From the NCBI GenBank assembly GCA_000175855.1, contig ACYB01000038.1, positions 30,001 to 62,000 of the forward strand: a DNA stretch of 32,000 nucleotides, in the 5' to 3' direction. This document shows positions 20,107 to 28,353 of the stretch, piece after piece. The notes beneath the pieces are model-generated. The model was not told the DNA's origin. It saw only the letters and a list, made by a program, of their open reading frames with translations, and did no database searches. The position numbers and the translations under genes were made by a program. Source of the DNA: Raphidiopsis brookii D9 (lineage in GTDB: Bacteria > Cyanobacteriota > Cyanobacteriia > Cyanobacteriales > Nostocaceae). Numbering within the stretch: position 1 is the first letter of the stretch; each line of letters opens with the position of its first letter.

Positions 20107-21654
20107 CTAACTGCGAATGACGGTAATAGTGCGTCCCCTTGGACTAATAGCTTCCTCCTTACTAATTCTCTCTCCCATAGGTGGTAATCCGGGACGGTGA
20201 TCAAAAATCACTAACCAACCTGTATCTAACCCTAACCCATCCAGGTATTTATCTAGTTGGGTTAAACCCTTAGTTAGGGGATCTAACTTTTCCCTCCGCA
20301 CCTTTAATTCTATGCCCATCATTACTTTGCCATAGCGTAAACAAATATCCATCCTCCCAGAACCAATGGCATATTCCCGCTCTAAAGTGCCACCACCATT
20401 CACTACTCGATGTAAAAATGCCATTAACACTAAATGGGGAGCAATCTCATGATAGGGCGCACTTCTGAGTAGTGGTTCCCCATGTTGTCGCCAAAATTCT
20501 AGGAAAGCATTTAAGAGTTTGTCAGGATTTAAAGTATTGTCAGTATTTAACCAAGTGGGTTGAATTTGCGGTAGACTATCCTGACTACCCTGGGACAAAA
20601 CACGAGGAATCACTTCCTGGTAAATGGGATTGGCAATGGTCAGTCCACCCAAAGGACTTCGCTTTACCAAGCCTAAATCTAACAAGAAACGGCGATCATC
20701 CTCCGGGGTGTCCGGTAAGTCGGATCCAGACAACATGGGTTGAATAATAGCCTTGACCCGATCTTCCCGCAATCTTTCTGCTAAGCTATCTAAATGAGTA
20801 TCCTGGCGCTGAATCAGAATTTCTTTGGCTTGGTTAATGACTTCAGCAGTAATGGGTTGGGTTACATCTTTAACTAAAACTTGGGTAGCTTGACGAGCTA
20901 GGGCGTTTACTAACCAAGGTTGTCCGTCAGTTAAATAATATGCGCGTTGAATTGCTTCTGTGGCAAAAACTTGTCCCGTAGCTTGTGTATGTTGTAAGTA
21001 AAGTTCTTCTACTTCGGGTAAAGTAAAATTACTTAAAGTTAAGGATTCGGCCTTGATATTAAAGGGACTGGAGGTATTGAATCTTTCACTTCCACCAGAC
21101 TTAACTTTATAGTCCCGCACATCCCGCATACCAATTAACCCCACGGAATGGGGAAAGCTATGGGGACGACGATTATAACCTGAGCGTAATTGTCTGAGAA
21201 CAGAAATTAACGTTTCATCTGCTAAAGCATGAATTTCGTCCAGGAAAACCACTAGGGGACGGGTAGCAACCTTAGCCCAACTGGCTAATGCAGCTCCAAT
21301 TTGCCGTCCGGGTTGAGATGGTGGCCAACGAGGTGGGTGGAGATTAGTTGGTAGGTAAACACAAGCGGATTCTTGCCATTCATCCAAAATTGCACGTTCA
21401 GCCATACCCGGATCCTGGGAAAAGGGTGCCCCTACTTCTAAAGAAAGCATGATAGCAGTATATTCCCCACTATCAGTCAATTCTTGAGCTAGGGCTATCA
21501 TAGCTGTGGTTTTACCTACTTGTCGCGGTGCATGAATGATAAAGTAATTGCGACCATGAATTAGCGCTTTCAAATCCGGTAGGCGAGCAGTGGGGGAGAG
21601 CATATAGTGGATATCAGATTGGCAAGGTCCAGCAGTGTTAAAGTGTTTAGGCAT
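20107..21654 (-). CDS. AAA-type ATPase fused to a C-terminal PD-(D/E)XK nuclease-like domain
   Basis: 515-aa ORF. The N-terminal ..FNTAGPC..HYM.. leader is followed by Walker A (APRQVGKTT) and Walker B (VVFLDEIH). The C-terminal ..GSGRMDICLRYGKVMMGIELKV.. fits a D..(E)xK nuclease core. Hand counts suggest it is more GC-rich than its neighbours. Confidence 0.75.
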   Translation of the reverse strand: MPKHFNTAGPCQSDIHYMLSPTARLPDLKALIHGRNYFIIHAPRQVGKTTAMIALAQELTDSGEYTAIMLSLEVGAPFSQDPGMAERAILDEWQESACVYLPTNLHPPRWPPSQPGRQIGAALASWAKVATRPLVVFLDEIHALADETLISVLRQLRSGYNRRPHSFPHSVGLIGMRDVRDYKVKSGGSERFNTSSPFNIKAESLTLSNFTLPEVEELYLQHTQATGQVFATEAIQRAYYLTDGQPWLVNALARQATQVLVKDVTQPITAEVINQAKEILIQRQDTHLDSLAERLREDRVKAIIQPMLSGSDLPDTPEDDRRFLLDLGLVKRSPLGGLTIANPIYQEVIPRVLSQGSQDSLPQIQPTWLNTDNTLNPDKLLNAFLEFWRQHGEPLLRSAPYHEIAPHLVLMAFLHRVVNGGGTLEREYAIGSGRMDICLRYGKVMMGIELKVRREKLDPLTKGLTQLDKYLDGLGLDTGWLVIFDHRPGLPPMGERISKEEAISPRGRTITVIRS

Positions 21655-21926
21655 GGTGGAGTTTCTAAAAAAATAACTTTATCGATTTTATCGTAGGTTG
21701 ATTTTTACCGCCAGTGTATATGCGGGTTTAATCTAAACAATCACGGTTAATTCCCTAAGGTCGATCTCCCATGGCGAATGGTTCGCAAGCGCATTTCCCC
21801 TTTGCTATGCAGAATCCCATTTTTAAAAACTCACATGTACCCTCCCATACCCGGAAACCCCTTTCAACTAATCCATCATTGATTCCCAAGGTCGTGTAAT
21901 CGGAACCTGTGCGGATGTAACTAATA

Positions 21927-22039
21927 GAGCAATCATGTTGTCGCGTCTGGCTAAGGCGTGCAAGTGTATTGAGGGATAACCGCTAGCTCCCGTTGAAGTA
22001 AAAAGTAAAGTCTAGTTTTGTCTAGGTTTTATATAGCAG
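21927..22039 (+). repeat. Copy A of a ~115-bp repeat (inverted relative to copy B)
   Basis: The reverse complement aligns by hand to 27137-27253 with 8 mismatches and one 4-nt indel. It contains the direct repeat GTCTAG-TTTT-GTCTAG. It ends 120 nt upstream of the GNAT start codon. Confidence 0.9.
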
Positions 22040-22159
22040 CTTTTTCATGGTGTGCAGGAGGTGGTGCTATTGGTGAACTGAAAATCTTTTCTCTCTTGAT
22101 AATGCGCCAAAGAATATGCCATAACGGAAACGAGAATACTAGCAAGTGGCTGTCTATAC

Positions 22160-22624
22160 ATGAAAAATCCTCAAATCCATTTTAGCGATCGCCTGACAGA
22201 AATTGATATATATCAACTTCAATATTTACTTGATTATACTGCTTTTTGGGCTAAAGGGCGTAGTATAGAGGATTTGAGTACAGCTATTGCTAATAGTAAA
22301 CCGGTAATTTCTGTTTGGGAAGGAGAAAAATTAATTGGTTTTGCTAGAGCGAATTCTGATGGTATATATCGCGCTACCATTTGGGATGTGGTAATTCACC
22401 CAGATTATCAAGGAAGAGGTTTGGGAATGAGGTTAGTGAGGAGGATGTTATCTCACCCTCTAATGCAGGTAGAGCGTGTTTATTTAATGACTACTCATCA
22501 ACAAAAGTTTTATGAGAAAATTGGGTTTCAACATAATAATAGCACTACCATGGTACTACATAATAATTCTCAATTAGGTTCTATTGAGTCAGAAGTGCAA
22601 CTTCAGGAATTGAAGTACTTGTGA
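22160..22624 (+). CDS. GNAT family N-acetyltransferase
   Basis: 154-aa ORF with the acetyl-CoA binding motif ..VVIHPDYQGRGLGMRLVRRML.. and a C-terminal ..FYEKIGF.. Confidence 0.85.
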   Translation: MKNPQIHFSDRLTEIDIYQLQYLLDYTAFWAKGRSIEDLSTAIANSKPVISVWEGEKLIGFARANSDGIYRATIWDVVIHPDYQGRGLGMRLVRRMLSHPLMQVERVYLMTTHQQKFYEKIGFQHNNSTTMVLHNNSQLGSIESEVQLQELKYL

Positions 22625-23525
22625 TTTGAGGTAGGGTAATTTGCAATCGGGTGAAATTCGTCGTCTCATTATTGATGGGAGGACAATCAGGTTCAACAAT
22701 TTCTAGTTTTCCTCCCATCATTTCCAGTAATCTTTGATTGATTAATAATTTCATTCCTGGTGAGATATCTCTAATTTCTGAATCATGGTTATCAGTTATG
22801 TGTAAACAGGTATCTAACCTTTCATGGGAAATTACTGTATTGCTAGGAAGATCCAGATAAATATCAAGATGGTTATGGATATCAGTAGTAATATTGCCAT
22901 CGGGGGATTTGATAAAAAGACAAATATATCCCGATTCCATCCTGCTAATTGTGTTATCTATCAAGCTCACCAGGATTTGCCGTAACCAACGTTTATCTAC
23001 TAACACATAAATTTCCGATGGGGGTAAACAGATTTGCAAAGGGAAATTGCGATTAGCGGCTAACATATAAGTCAGTTCTTCAACCTCTCTAAAAACCTCC
23101 CTTATGCCCACTGATTCAATGACCAACTGATTAGTTCCATGTTCTATTCTCGCAATATTTACCATTTCATCAATGATTTTTAAAAACTGTAGCGACCTTT
23201 CGTATGCTTGATTAATAAATTCTCTTTCTTCCTGGGGATTTTCACATAAGTCATGTAAAATTAATTGGTGAAGTCCGATTAATCCATTAATAGGCGATCG
23301 CAATTCATGGCTAATCCGGGACAAAAACCCCGCATGAAATTGGCTCATTTCTCTGGCCATTTCATAAGCCAATTCTGTTTGGTGTAGCTGCTGTAAAATT
23401 TGTGTTTGTGATCTTTCCCAAGTATTTTCATCCGGATTGGATAATAATTTACTCACAAGCAATTTATCAATGGCAATTCCTAGTAAAATTCCGATGGCTA
23501 AATATAAAAAGTTAGTAAAATTCAT
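22581..23525 (-). CDS. Membrane-anchored histidine kinase with a degenerate ATP-binding domain
   Basis: One TM helix, then the H-box FLSRISHELRSPINGL. An N-box-like LIDNTISR is present, but I found no DxGxG (G1) box, and the G2 position reads SPGMKLLI. The likely start is the ATG at 23525 (MNFTNFLYL..) rather than the track start at 23600. The 3' end overlaps the convergent GNAT gene by 44 nt. Confidence 0.7.
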   Translation of the reverse strand: MNFTNFLYLAIGILLGIAIDKLLVSKLLSNPDENTWERSQTQILQQLHQTELAYEMAREMSQFHAGFLSRISHELRSPINGLIGLHQLILHDLCENPQEEREFINQAYERSLQFLKIIDEMVNIARIEHGTNQLVIESVGIREVFREVEELTYMLAANRNFPLQICLPPSEIYVLVDKRWLRQILVSLIDNTISRMESGYICLFIKSPDGNITTDIHNHLDIYLDLPSNTVISHERLDTCLHITDNHDSEIRDISPGMKLLINQRLLEMMGGKLEIVEPDCPPINNETTNFTRLQITLPQITSTSIPEVALLTQ

Positions 23526-23592
23526 GGGTTTTCCATAATCAAAATTAAAGATATAGCACCCAACCTCACCTTTAACTATTAGCCCAACAACC

Positions 23593-24165
23593 TTAACCAA
23601 TTATAATACTACCTTGACGAAGAATTTGCCAATGATTTTCTGTCCATTTGGCTACGGTAGATGGAACACCTAAACCTTTATATTCTATCAATTCTTCAGT
23701 CAGAACATCTGGAAATTCTACAGCTATTTCAGCTTGTGTTTCCAAAGGGGGTTTTCCTGATAAATTAACACTCGTGGTTGCCATAGGTCCGGTTTGTGCC
23801 AAAATTGCCCGAGCTATAGGATGATTGGGAACTCTAATACCAATAGTGGTAGGATCTTGAGGATTCATTACCCTGGGAACCTTATCACTAGCTGGTAAAA
23901 CTAGAGTCAATGCACCAGGCCAATATCTATTCACCACCTCTTGCCAAATTTCATATTCTTGATCACTACCTTTTACATATTCCCACAAACTTTCTGGTTC
24001 AGCTCCCATTAAAATTAAGGGTTTGTCTAAACTACGCTGTTTAGCAACATATATTAATTCTGCTTTTGTGGGTATGGTAGCCATCCCAGGAACTGTATCT
24101 GTGGGGAAACTAATTATTTTCCCCTCCTTAGCACCACGAACTAGACGATCTAGAGAAATGTTCAT
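23593..24165 (-). CDS. tsaC: L-threonylcarbamoyladenylate synthase (YrdC/TsaC type)
   Basis: 190-aa YrdC-domain protein: ..ISFPTDTVPGMA.., ..KQRSLDKPLILM.., ..WPGALTLVLP.., ..IGIRVPNHPIA.., ..TSVNLSG.. Confidence 0.85.
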   Translation of the reverse strand: MNISLDRLVRGAKEGKIISFPTDTVPGMATIPTKAELIYVAKQRSLDKPLILMGAEPESLWEYVKGSDQEYEIWQEVVNRYWPGALTLVLPASDKVPRVMNPQDPTTIGIRVPNHPIARAILAQTGPMATTSVNLSGKPPLETQAEIAVEFPDVLTEELIEYKGLGVPSTVAKWTENHWQILRQGSIIIG

Positions 24166-24191
24166 ACAGTCTTTATTTAAACCACTCTTTA

Positions 24192-25028
24192 TTAACCATC
24201 TATTAATTTAGCTTTAGCTTGTTGCCAAAGCGCCTCTAATTCCGCTAATTTATAATCACTAATTGGACGATCCATAACCTGTTCCATAGTTCTTAAACGT
24301 TGAACAAATCGTAAACTTGTTCCCTCCAAACCTCTAGCAGGATCAAGATTATACCATCTAGCTAGTTGAATAATTGCAAATAATAAATCTCCCAATTCTG
24401 ACTCTTGTCTTTCTAGTGTTTCCTCAGCTAAAGCTTGGTCAAACTCAGCTAATTCTTCGTGAAATTTCCCCCAAACTTCCTTAATATCACTCCATTCAAA
24501 ACCAACTTCAGCAGCTTTTTGAGAAATTTTCATAGCAGCATTTAATGGTGGAAGACTACGACGATAGCGATTTAACTTATCACTGAGTTTTTGGGTTGCT
24601 ATAGTTTGCCCTTTTTCTGCTGCTTTGATTTCATCCCAATTTTGGCGCACTTGCTCTACATTTTCCACTTTCACATCACCAAACACATGGGGATGACGAC
24701 GAATTAGTTTTTGGGCAATACCCTCAGCTACCTCTTTTACGGAAATCCCCTTTTCGCTGGCTATCTGAGCTTGTAATATTACCTGTAATAATAAATCTCC
24801 CAACTCTTCACATATAGCACTCTGTTCTCCTGTACTAATTGCGTCTACTACTTCGTATGCTTCTTCAATTATGTAGGGAGTTAGGCTGCTTGGGGTTTGT
24901 GCCAAATCCCATGGACATCCACCTTCAGGCGATCGCAATTTAGCAACCACATCTATTAACTCTTGTAAAGCCACTAAATGGGAGTTATCAGCTATGTTAT
25001 TTTTGATAAATTTATTCTGTGCTGTCAT
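24192..25028 (-). CDS. mazG: Nucleoside triphosphate pyrophosphohydrolase MazG
   Basis: 278-aa protein with tandem MazG domains: ..GCPWDLAQT..L.PYIIEEAYEV.., ..EELGDLLLQV.., ..RRHPHVFG.., ..ELGDLLFAI.. Confidence 0.9.
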   Translation of the reverse strand: MTAQNKFIKNNIADNSHLVALQELIDVVAKLRSPEGGCPWDLAQTPSSLTPYIIEEAYEVVDAISTGEQSAICEELGDLLLQVILQAQIASEKGISVKEVAEGIAQKLIRRHPHVFGDVKVENVEQVRQNWDEIKAAEKGQTIATQKLSDKLNRYRRSLPPLNAAMKISQKAAEVGFEWSDIKEVWGKFHEELAEFDQALAEETLERQESELGDLLFAIIQLARWYNLDPARGLEGTSLRFVQRLRTMEQVMDRPISDYKLAELEALWQQAKAKLIDG

Positions 25029-25036
25029 AATTAGTA

Positions 25037-25638
25037 TTACTGTTTTTTATCCGGTTTGGGTTTAGAACTGGGAGAACGACGACTGTGAATCTTACGTTTT
25101 CTAATTTTGCTAGTGGGTAGTAAAGCGTGAACACCTTTTTTTTGAAATCGTTTGTGGGTAGAATTTGTCCAATCACTGAGGTAGTGACTCATCGCACCAA
25201 GTTCACAACCCACAAACCAGGCGAAAAATTCCCTGGCGTATGTAGATATATTTTGTCTCACCTTTGCCCAAATATCACCCCAATTCACAGATATGTTAGA
25301 AAAAATGGCGAGTATTAATAATAATAATCCAGTAGTAGCAGCTATAAATACCATTAAATAGACTACCCGGAGAGTAGTACCAATAATTGGTCCGTGGGAC
25401 AAAAAAGAGCGATGACGCAAACTTTGTTGATAGGGTAACCAAATCCAACGGAACCAACCCCATCGCTGGAACTGACGAGAATAAATATCCAAGTCAGGGC
25501 CAAACATCAAACCACCAAACATAAACCCCCCAGCACCACCAAGGTTATATTACCGCTACCAGTAGCAACCAAAGTTACACTAGCAACTACGGGAATAGAC
25601 CAGATGGTAATGCGGTCATGTGTTTGTCCAGAAGGCAT
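25037..25638 (-). pseudogene. DUF2227-family metal-binding membrane protein, split by a 1-nt frameshift
   Basis: A 43-codon ORF at 25638-25507 (MPSGQTHDRITIWSIPVV..LVVLGG) and the 161-aa ORF at 25522-25037 (MFGGLMFGPDLDIYSRQFQRWG..) overlap out of frame. One extra base in the A3/C6 run at 25523-25531 fuses them into ..VVLGGFMFGGLMFGPDLD... This may be a sequencing error rather than a real lesion. Confidence 0.6.
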
Positions 25639-25751
25639 TGGAGAAAACTAACACCTCAAAATTCAAAACTTAACAACTAATACCTGCTCAGTATAGCGAA
25701 TACCCTGCCATTAGGAAAGTCCCAAAATTAAAAAAATTTTCTCTAAACCCC

Positions 25752-25780
25752 TTGCCAAATTTTGAAAGCTTGTGTTATGT
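25752..25780 (+). promoter_or_regulatory. Candidate sigma70-type promoter for tRNA-Val
   Basis: TTGCCA (25752-25757), a 17-nt spacer, then TTATGT (25775-25780), ending about 20 nt upstream of the mature tRNA 5' end. Sequence match only. Confidence 0.3.
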
Positions 25781-25799
25781 TAGTAAGGTGAAAAAACAA

Positions 25800-25872
<73 letters not shown>

Positions 25873-25894
25873 TTTAAAAGAACAACTAGTACGT

Positions 25895-25929
25895 GCAGGA
25901 GTGCCCGGTATTTCACCAGGCACTCCTGC
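25895..25929. terminator. 11-bp perfect hairpin between tRNA-Val and the convergent 167-aa gene
   Basis: GCAGGAGTGCC (25895-25905) / GGCACTCCTGC (25919-25929). An A7 run follows on the plus strand, which places T7 before the stem on the minus strand. No clean U-tract sits directly after the stem on either strand. Confidence 0.45.
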
Positions 25930-25962
25930 GTCCTAAAAAAACTAAATCAAGATAGTGAAACA

Positions 25963-26466
25963 TTAATTGCCTGTTGGTGGTGGTTCTGATCCGGGTTCTT
26001 GTAATTTTTGTAGCTTCATTTCTGCTTCACTAACTTGCTTTTGTAGCAACTGTAGTTTTGCTTCAGCAATTTTTCTTTGTACTTCTAACAACTCAGTTTC
26101 TTTGTTAATCCTATTCATTCTTACCGTGTGAGAATATGTTCTTCCTGGCTGAAAAATTAAGCCTAAATAAACGGTCACATTACGGGAATCTAGAGTATTT
26201 ACACCCATTGATAAATTGAGACCAAAGTCGTTTTCTGTGTTGACTGGGGTATTAATACTATTATCTAAAGGGTAGATATTCGGCACAGTAAATTCATTAA
26301 AGTTCTGATTGGGTGAATTAAAAACATTGTTAGCATCTCCATTATTAACTGTATTAGAACTAGCACTTTGTCTAGACTGTGCTAAAACAGGATTAACTCG
26401 CAAATTTTCAGCAATGAATATTTGCATAACAGTGATAATTAATAAACATGAAATTTTTGGCAACAT
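25963..26466 (-). CDS. Secreted hypothetical protein: N-rich region plus C-terminal coiled-coil
   Basis: 167-aa ORF with a signal peptide (..NPVLA/QS) and an Asn-rich segment. A short beta-like block (FGLNLSMGVNTLDSRNVTVYLGLIFQPG) is followed by a heptad-like helix (ELLEVQRKIAEAKLQLLQKQVSEAEMKLQKLQ). It lies 36 nt downstream of the preceding gene. No recognisable domain. Confidence 0.5.
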   Translation of the reverse strand: MLPKISCLLIITVMQIFIAENLRVNPVLAQSRQSASSNTVNNGDANNVFNSPNQNFNEFTVPNIYPLDNSINTPVNTENDFGLNLSMGVNTLDSRNVTVYLGLIFQPGRTYSHTVRMNRINKETELLEVQRKIAEAKLQLLQKQVSEAEMKLQKLQEPGSEPPPTGN

Positions 26467-26502
26467 AATTTATTTCCTGATGATTCTTGACAACTACAAA
26501 AC

Positions 26503-27021
26503 TTATTCAACGTAAATAGTCAAAGCCCCCTGGATATGTCCACCACCTGAAACTTCTTGAGTAAGTTCTGTATTAGTTGCAATAAACTCAATTTTAATGT
26601 TAGAATTAGCTGGGTCATAATTACCAATTATCTCAATTGTGTTTTTGCCCTTTTGCAATAGCTTAGAAATAAGTATTTCGGTTTTATTTTCAGTGATTTT
26701 TTGTACAAATTTGTCGTTAACTTGAATATATCCCGTAAGATTAACACCTTCATCAGCAATAATTTTCAGAAAACAGTCTTGCTTTAGTTCATCCATACTT
26801 AAATCAATAATTGTTTCCTGTTTGCTTTCTTTCAACTTTGTCACCCCAACCCCAATATTACCCCTAGTTATATTACCTATAGTTGAATTTGCTTGAGCAG
26901 CATTAAAGTTATAGGATAAAACAGATATGGTAACTGCTAAGACCCAATTAGGAGCCAGGGGGATGATAGCAATGGCCAAAGCGAAATAGGAAATACAGCT
27001 AACTACTTTTTTAACATTCAT
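26503..27021 (-). CDS. Secreted/anchored hypothetical protein, beta-rich
   Basis: 172-aa ORF with an N-terminal hydrophobic region and an AQA/N site. It shows alternating beta-strand-like patterns (..LTGYIQVNDKFVQKI..TEILISKL..NTIEIIGNY..IKIEFIAT..GALTIYVE). The RBS is AAGGAAATC-ATG. No recognisable domain. Confidence 0.5.
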   Translation of the reverse strand: MNVKKVVSCISYFALAIAIIPLAPNWVLAVTISVLSYNFNAAQANSTIGNITRGNIGVGVTKLKESKQETIIDLSMDELKQDCFLKIIADEGVNLTGYIQVNDKFVQKITENKTEILISKLLQKGKNTIEIIGNYDPANSNIKIEFIATNTELTQEVSGGGHIQGALTIYVE

Positions 27022-27136
27022 GATTTCCTTATTCCCAGGAGTAAAATCAGGGGATTGCGCTTGTTTGTCGGTAAACTGGAATTTATTTAGTTTATTGACC
27101 CGAGTATGAAGGTTATGAACCGTGTAGAATGCCTTA

Positions 27137-27253
27137 CTGCTATATAAAACCTAGACAAAACTAGACTTTACTTTCTACTTCAACAGGAGCATGGGAGCGT
27201 TTATCCCTCAGTAGACTTGGACGCCTTAGCCAGACGCGATAACATGATTGCTC
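27137..27253 (-). repeat. Copy B of the ~115-bp repeat (inverted relative to copy A)
   Basis: See copy A. It lies between two minus-strand genes, and its promoter-proximal end is 115 nt upstream of the ATG at 27021. Confidence 0.9.
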
Positions 27254-27297
27254 CTTGATGCTAAATAGTGCTAGAACTAGTCACCATTAAAAAACCT

Positions 27298-27672
27298 CTA
27301 AGGATTAAAGTTTTCCGGAGTCTTCACATTCACAGGAACAATTACAGAGTTTCGAACAGTCGGCCCACCCGCTTGATTTCCATTACTTTGACGATCCCTA
27401 ATTTCCTGACGGACTCGTTGATTTTGTCTCACAGGTCCATTGTTATCAGTATTTACTTGCACTGACGTAGAAGAAGAGGTATTCCCCGTACAAGACTGTG
27501 GACCTTGCATTTCTACATTCGATGTTTGTGTCGCTGGATTTCGGGACATATTAGCTTGTATACCAATATGAGACATGACACACTGTGCTAATGCAGGTCT
27601 AGAAAAAAATGTTGCGGGGAATAGACACAAGCAAATGGTTAAACAGCTAAGCGATACAGATTTACATTTCAT
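27298..27672 (-). CDS. Small secreted N/Q/S/T/R-rich protein (paralogue family member)
   Basis: 124-aa ORF with a signal peptide (..SRPALA/QC). The mature part has ..TQTSNVEMQG..TGNTSS.. and ..VQVNTDNNGPVRQNQRVRQ.., which parallel the repeats of the 28354-28710 protein. The RBS is GAGGGGG. Confidence 0.5.
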   Translation of the reverse strand: MKCKSVSLSCLTICLCLFPATFFSRPALAQCVMSHIGIQANMSRNPATQTSNVEMQGPQSCTGNTSSSTSVQVNTDNNGPVRQNQRVRQEIRDRQSNGNQAGGPTVRNSVIVPVNVKTPENFNP

Positions 27673-27760
27673 AAAAACCCCCTCAAGGTTTTAAGTGAGT
27701 GTCCGGGTGCTTGATGAATCTGTGGTCTTTAACCTCAGATTTATTTTTTACCATTGAATA

Positions 27761-28141
27761 CTAACGACAAGACACAGAGGTTTGACTCCTTTTTGTATTA
27801 CTCCCCCTAACAGTGGTTGTTTGTGTTGTCGTTTGACTAACAACAGAGCCTGATTTTCCGCAGTTAGTTCTGATAATTGTTTTTTGGCTTTCTGATAATC
27901 TCGGAATAGGATTGTTAATTCTCCTTGAGCCATTGATATTGTTAGCTCTGGGAGTTCTATTAACAGGTGTTGACTTCCCTGGAAGATTGACATTAGTTTT
28001 GCCAGTGTCTATGTTAACATTTCCTCGAGAGTCTCTATTAATTCTTACACTCCCTGCTCTCATATCTATTTCCTCTGCTTGAGCAACAGGTAGAAATAAA
28101 GTTAATAAAATTAGCAGGGAACAAACCCGGTAAATATACAT
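27761..28141 (-). CDS. Small secreted N/R/T-rich protein (paralogue family member)
   Basis: 126-aa ORF with a signal peptide (..LPVAQA/EE). There are no aromatic residues after cleavage. The C-terminal unit VSQTTTQTTTVRGSNT matches VSQESDQTTVITGDGNT of the neighbouring protein. The RBS is GGAGGTACTCA-ATG. Confidence 0.5.
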   Translation of the reverse strand: MYIYRVCSLLILLTLFLPVAQAEEIDMRAGSVRINRDSRGNVNIDTGKTNVNLPGKSTPVNRTPRANNINGSRRINNPIPRLSESQKTIIRTNCGKSGSVVSQTTTQTTTVRGSNTKRSQTSVSCR

Positions 28142-28353
28142 TGAGTACCTCCAACAAATGCAAGACGGTTGTCAAGGGTAGCAAACAGTAACTCAGTTCC
28201 AGATGGAGTATAAACTAAGCATCTGTTTGCTGTTTGGTACTAACTATCTGTTATATAAAAGCCCAGACGTAAGCAGATTTGAGTACCTCCAGTTTCAACT
28301 GCAACCCATGTCAATCCGACAAATATGGTGCTGAAACTACGGTAAAAAAAGGA

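Noticed and set aside
21771-21899. 42-codon plus-strand ORF (MANGSQAHFPF..) and a ~68-codon stop-free stretch on the minus strand in the ATPase upstream region
   Set aside because: The plus-strand ORF has no RBS. The minus-strand stretch has no start codon at its 5' end, and the in-frame TTG gives only 44 aa. Neither has a recognisable motif. Both are mentioned only as a possible remnant or leader under the ATPase finding.
27748-27993. 81-aa minus-strand ORF overlapping the 126-aa gene in another frame
   Set aside because: The 27761-28141 frame has the RBS, the signal peptide and the shared paralogue motif. The alternative frame lacks all of these.
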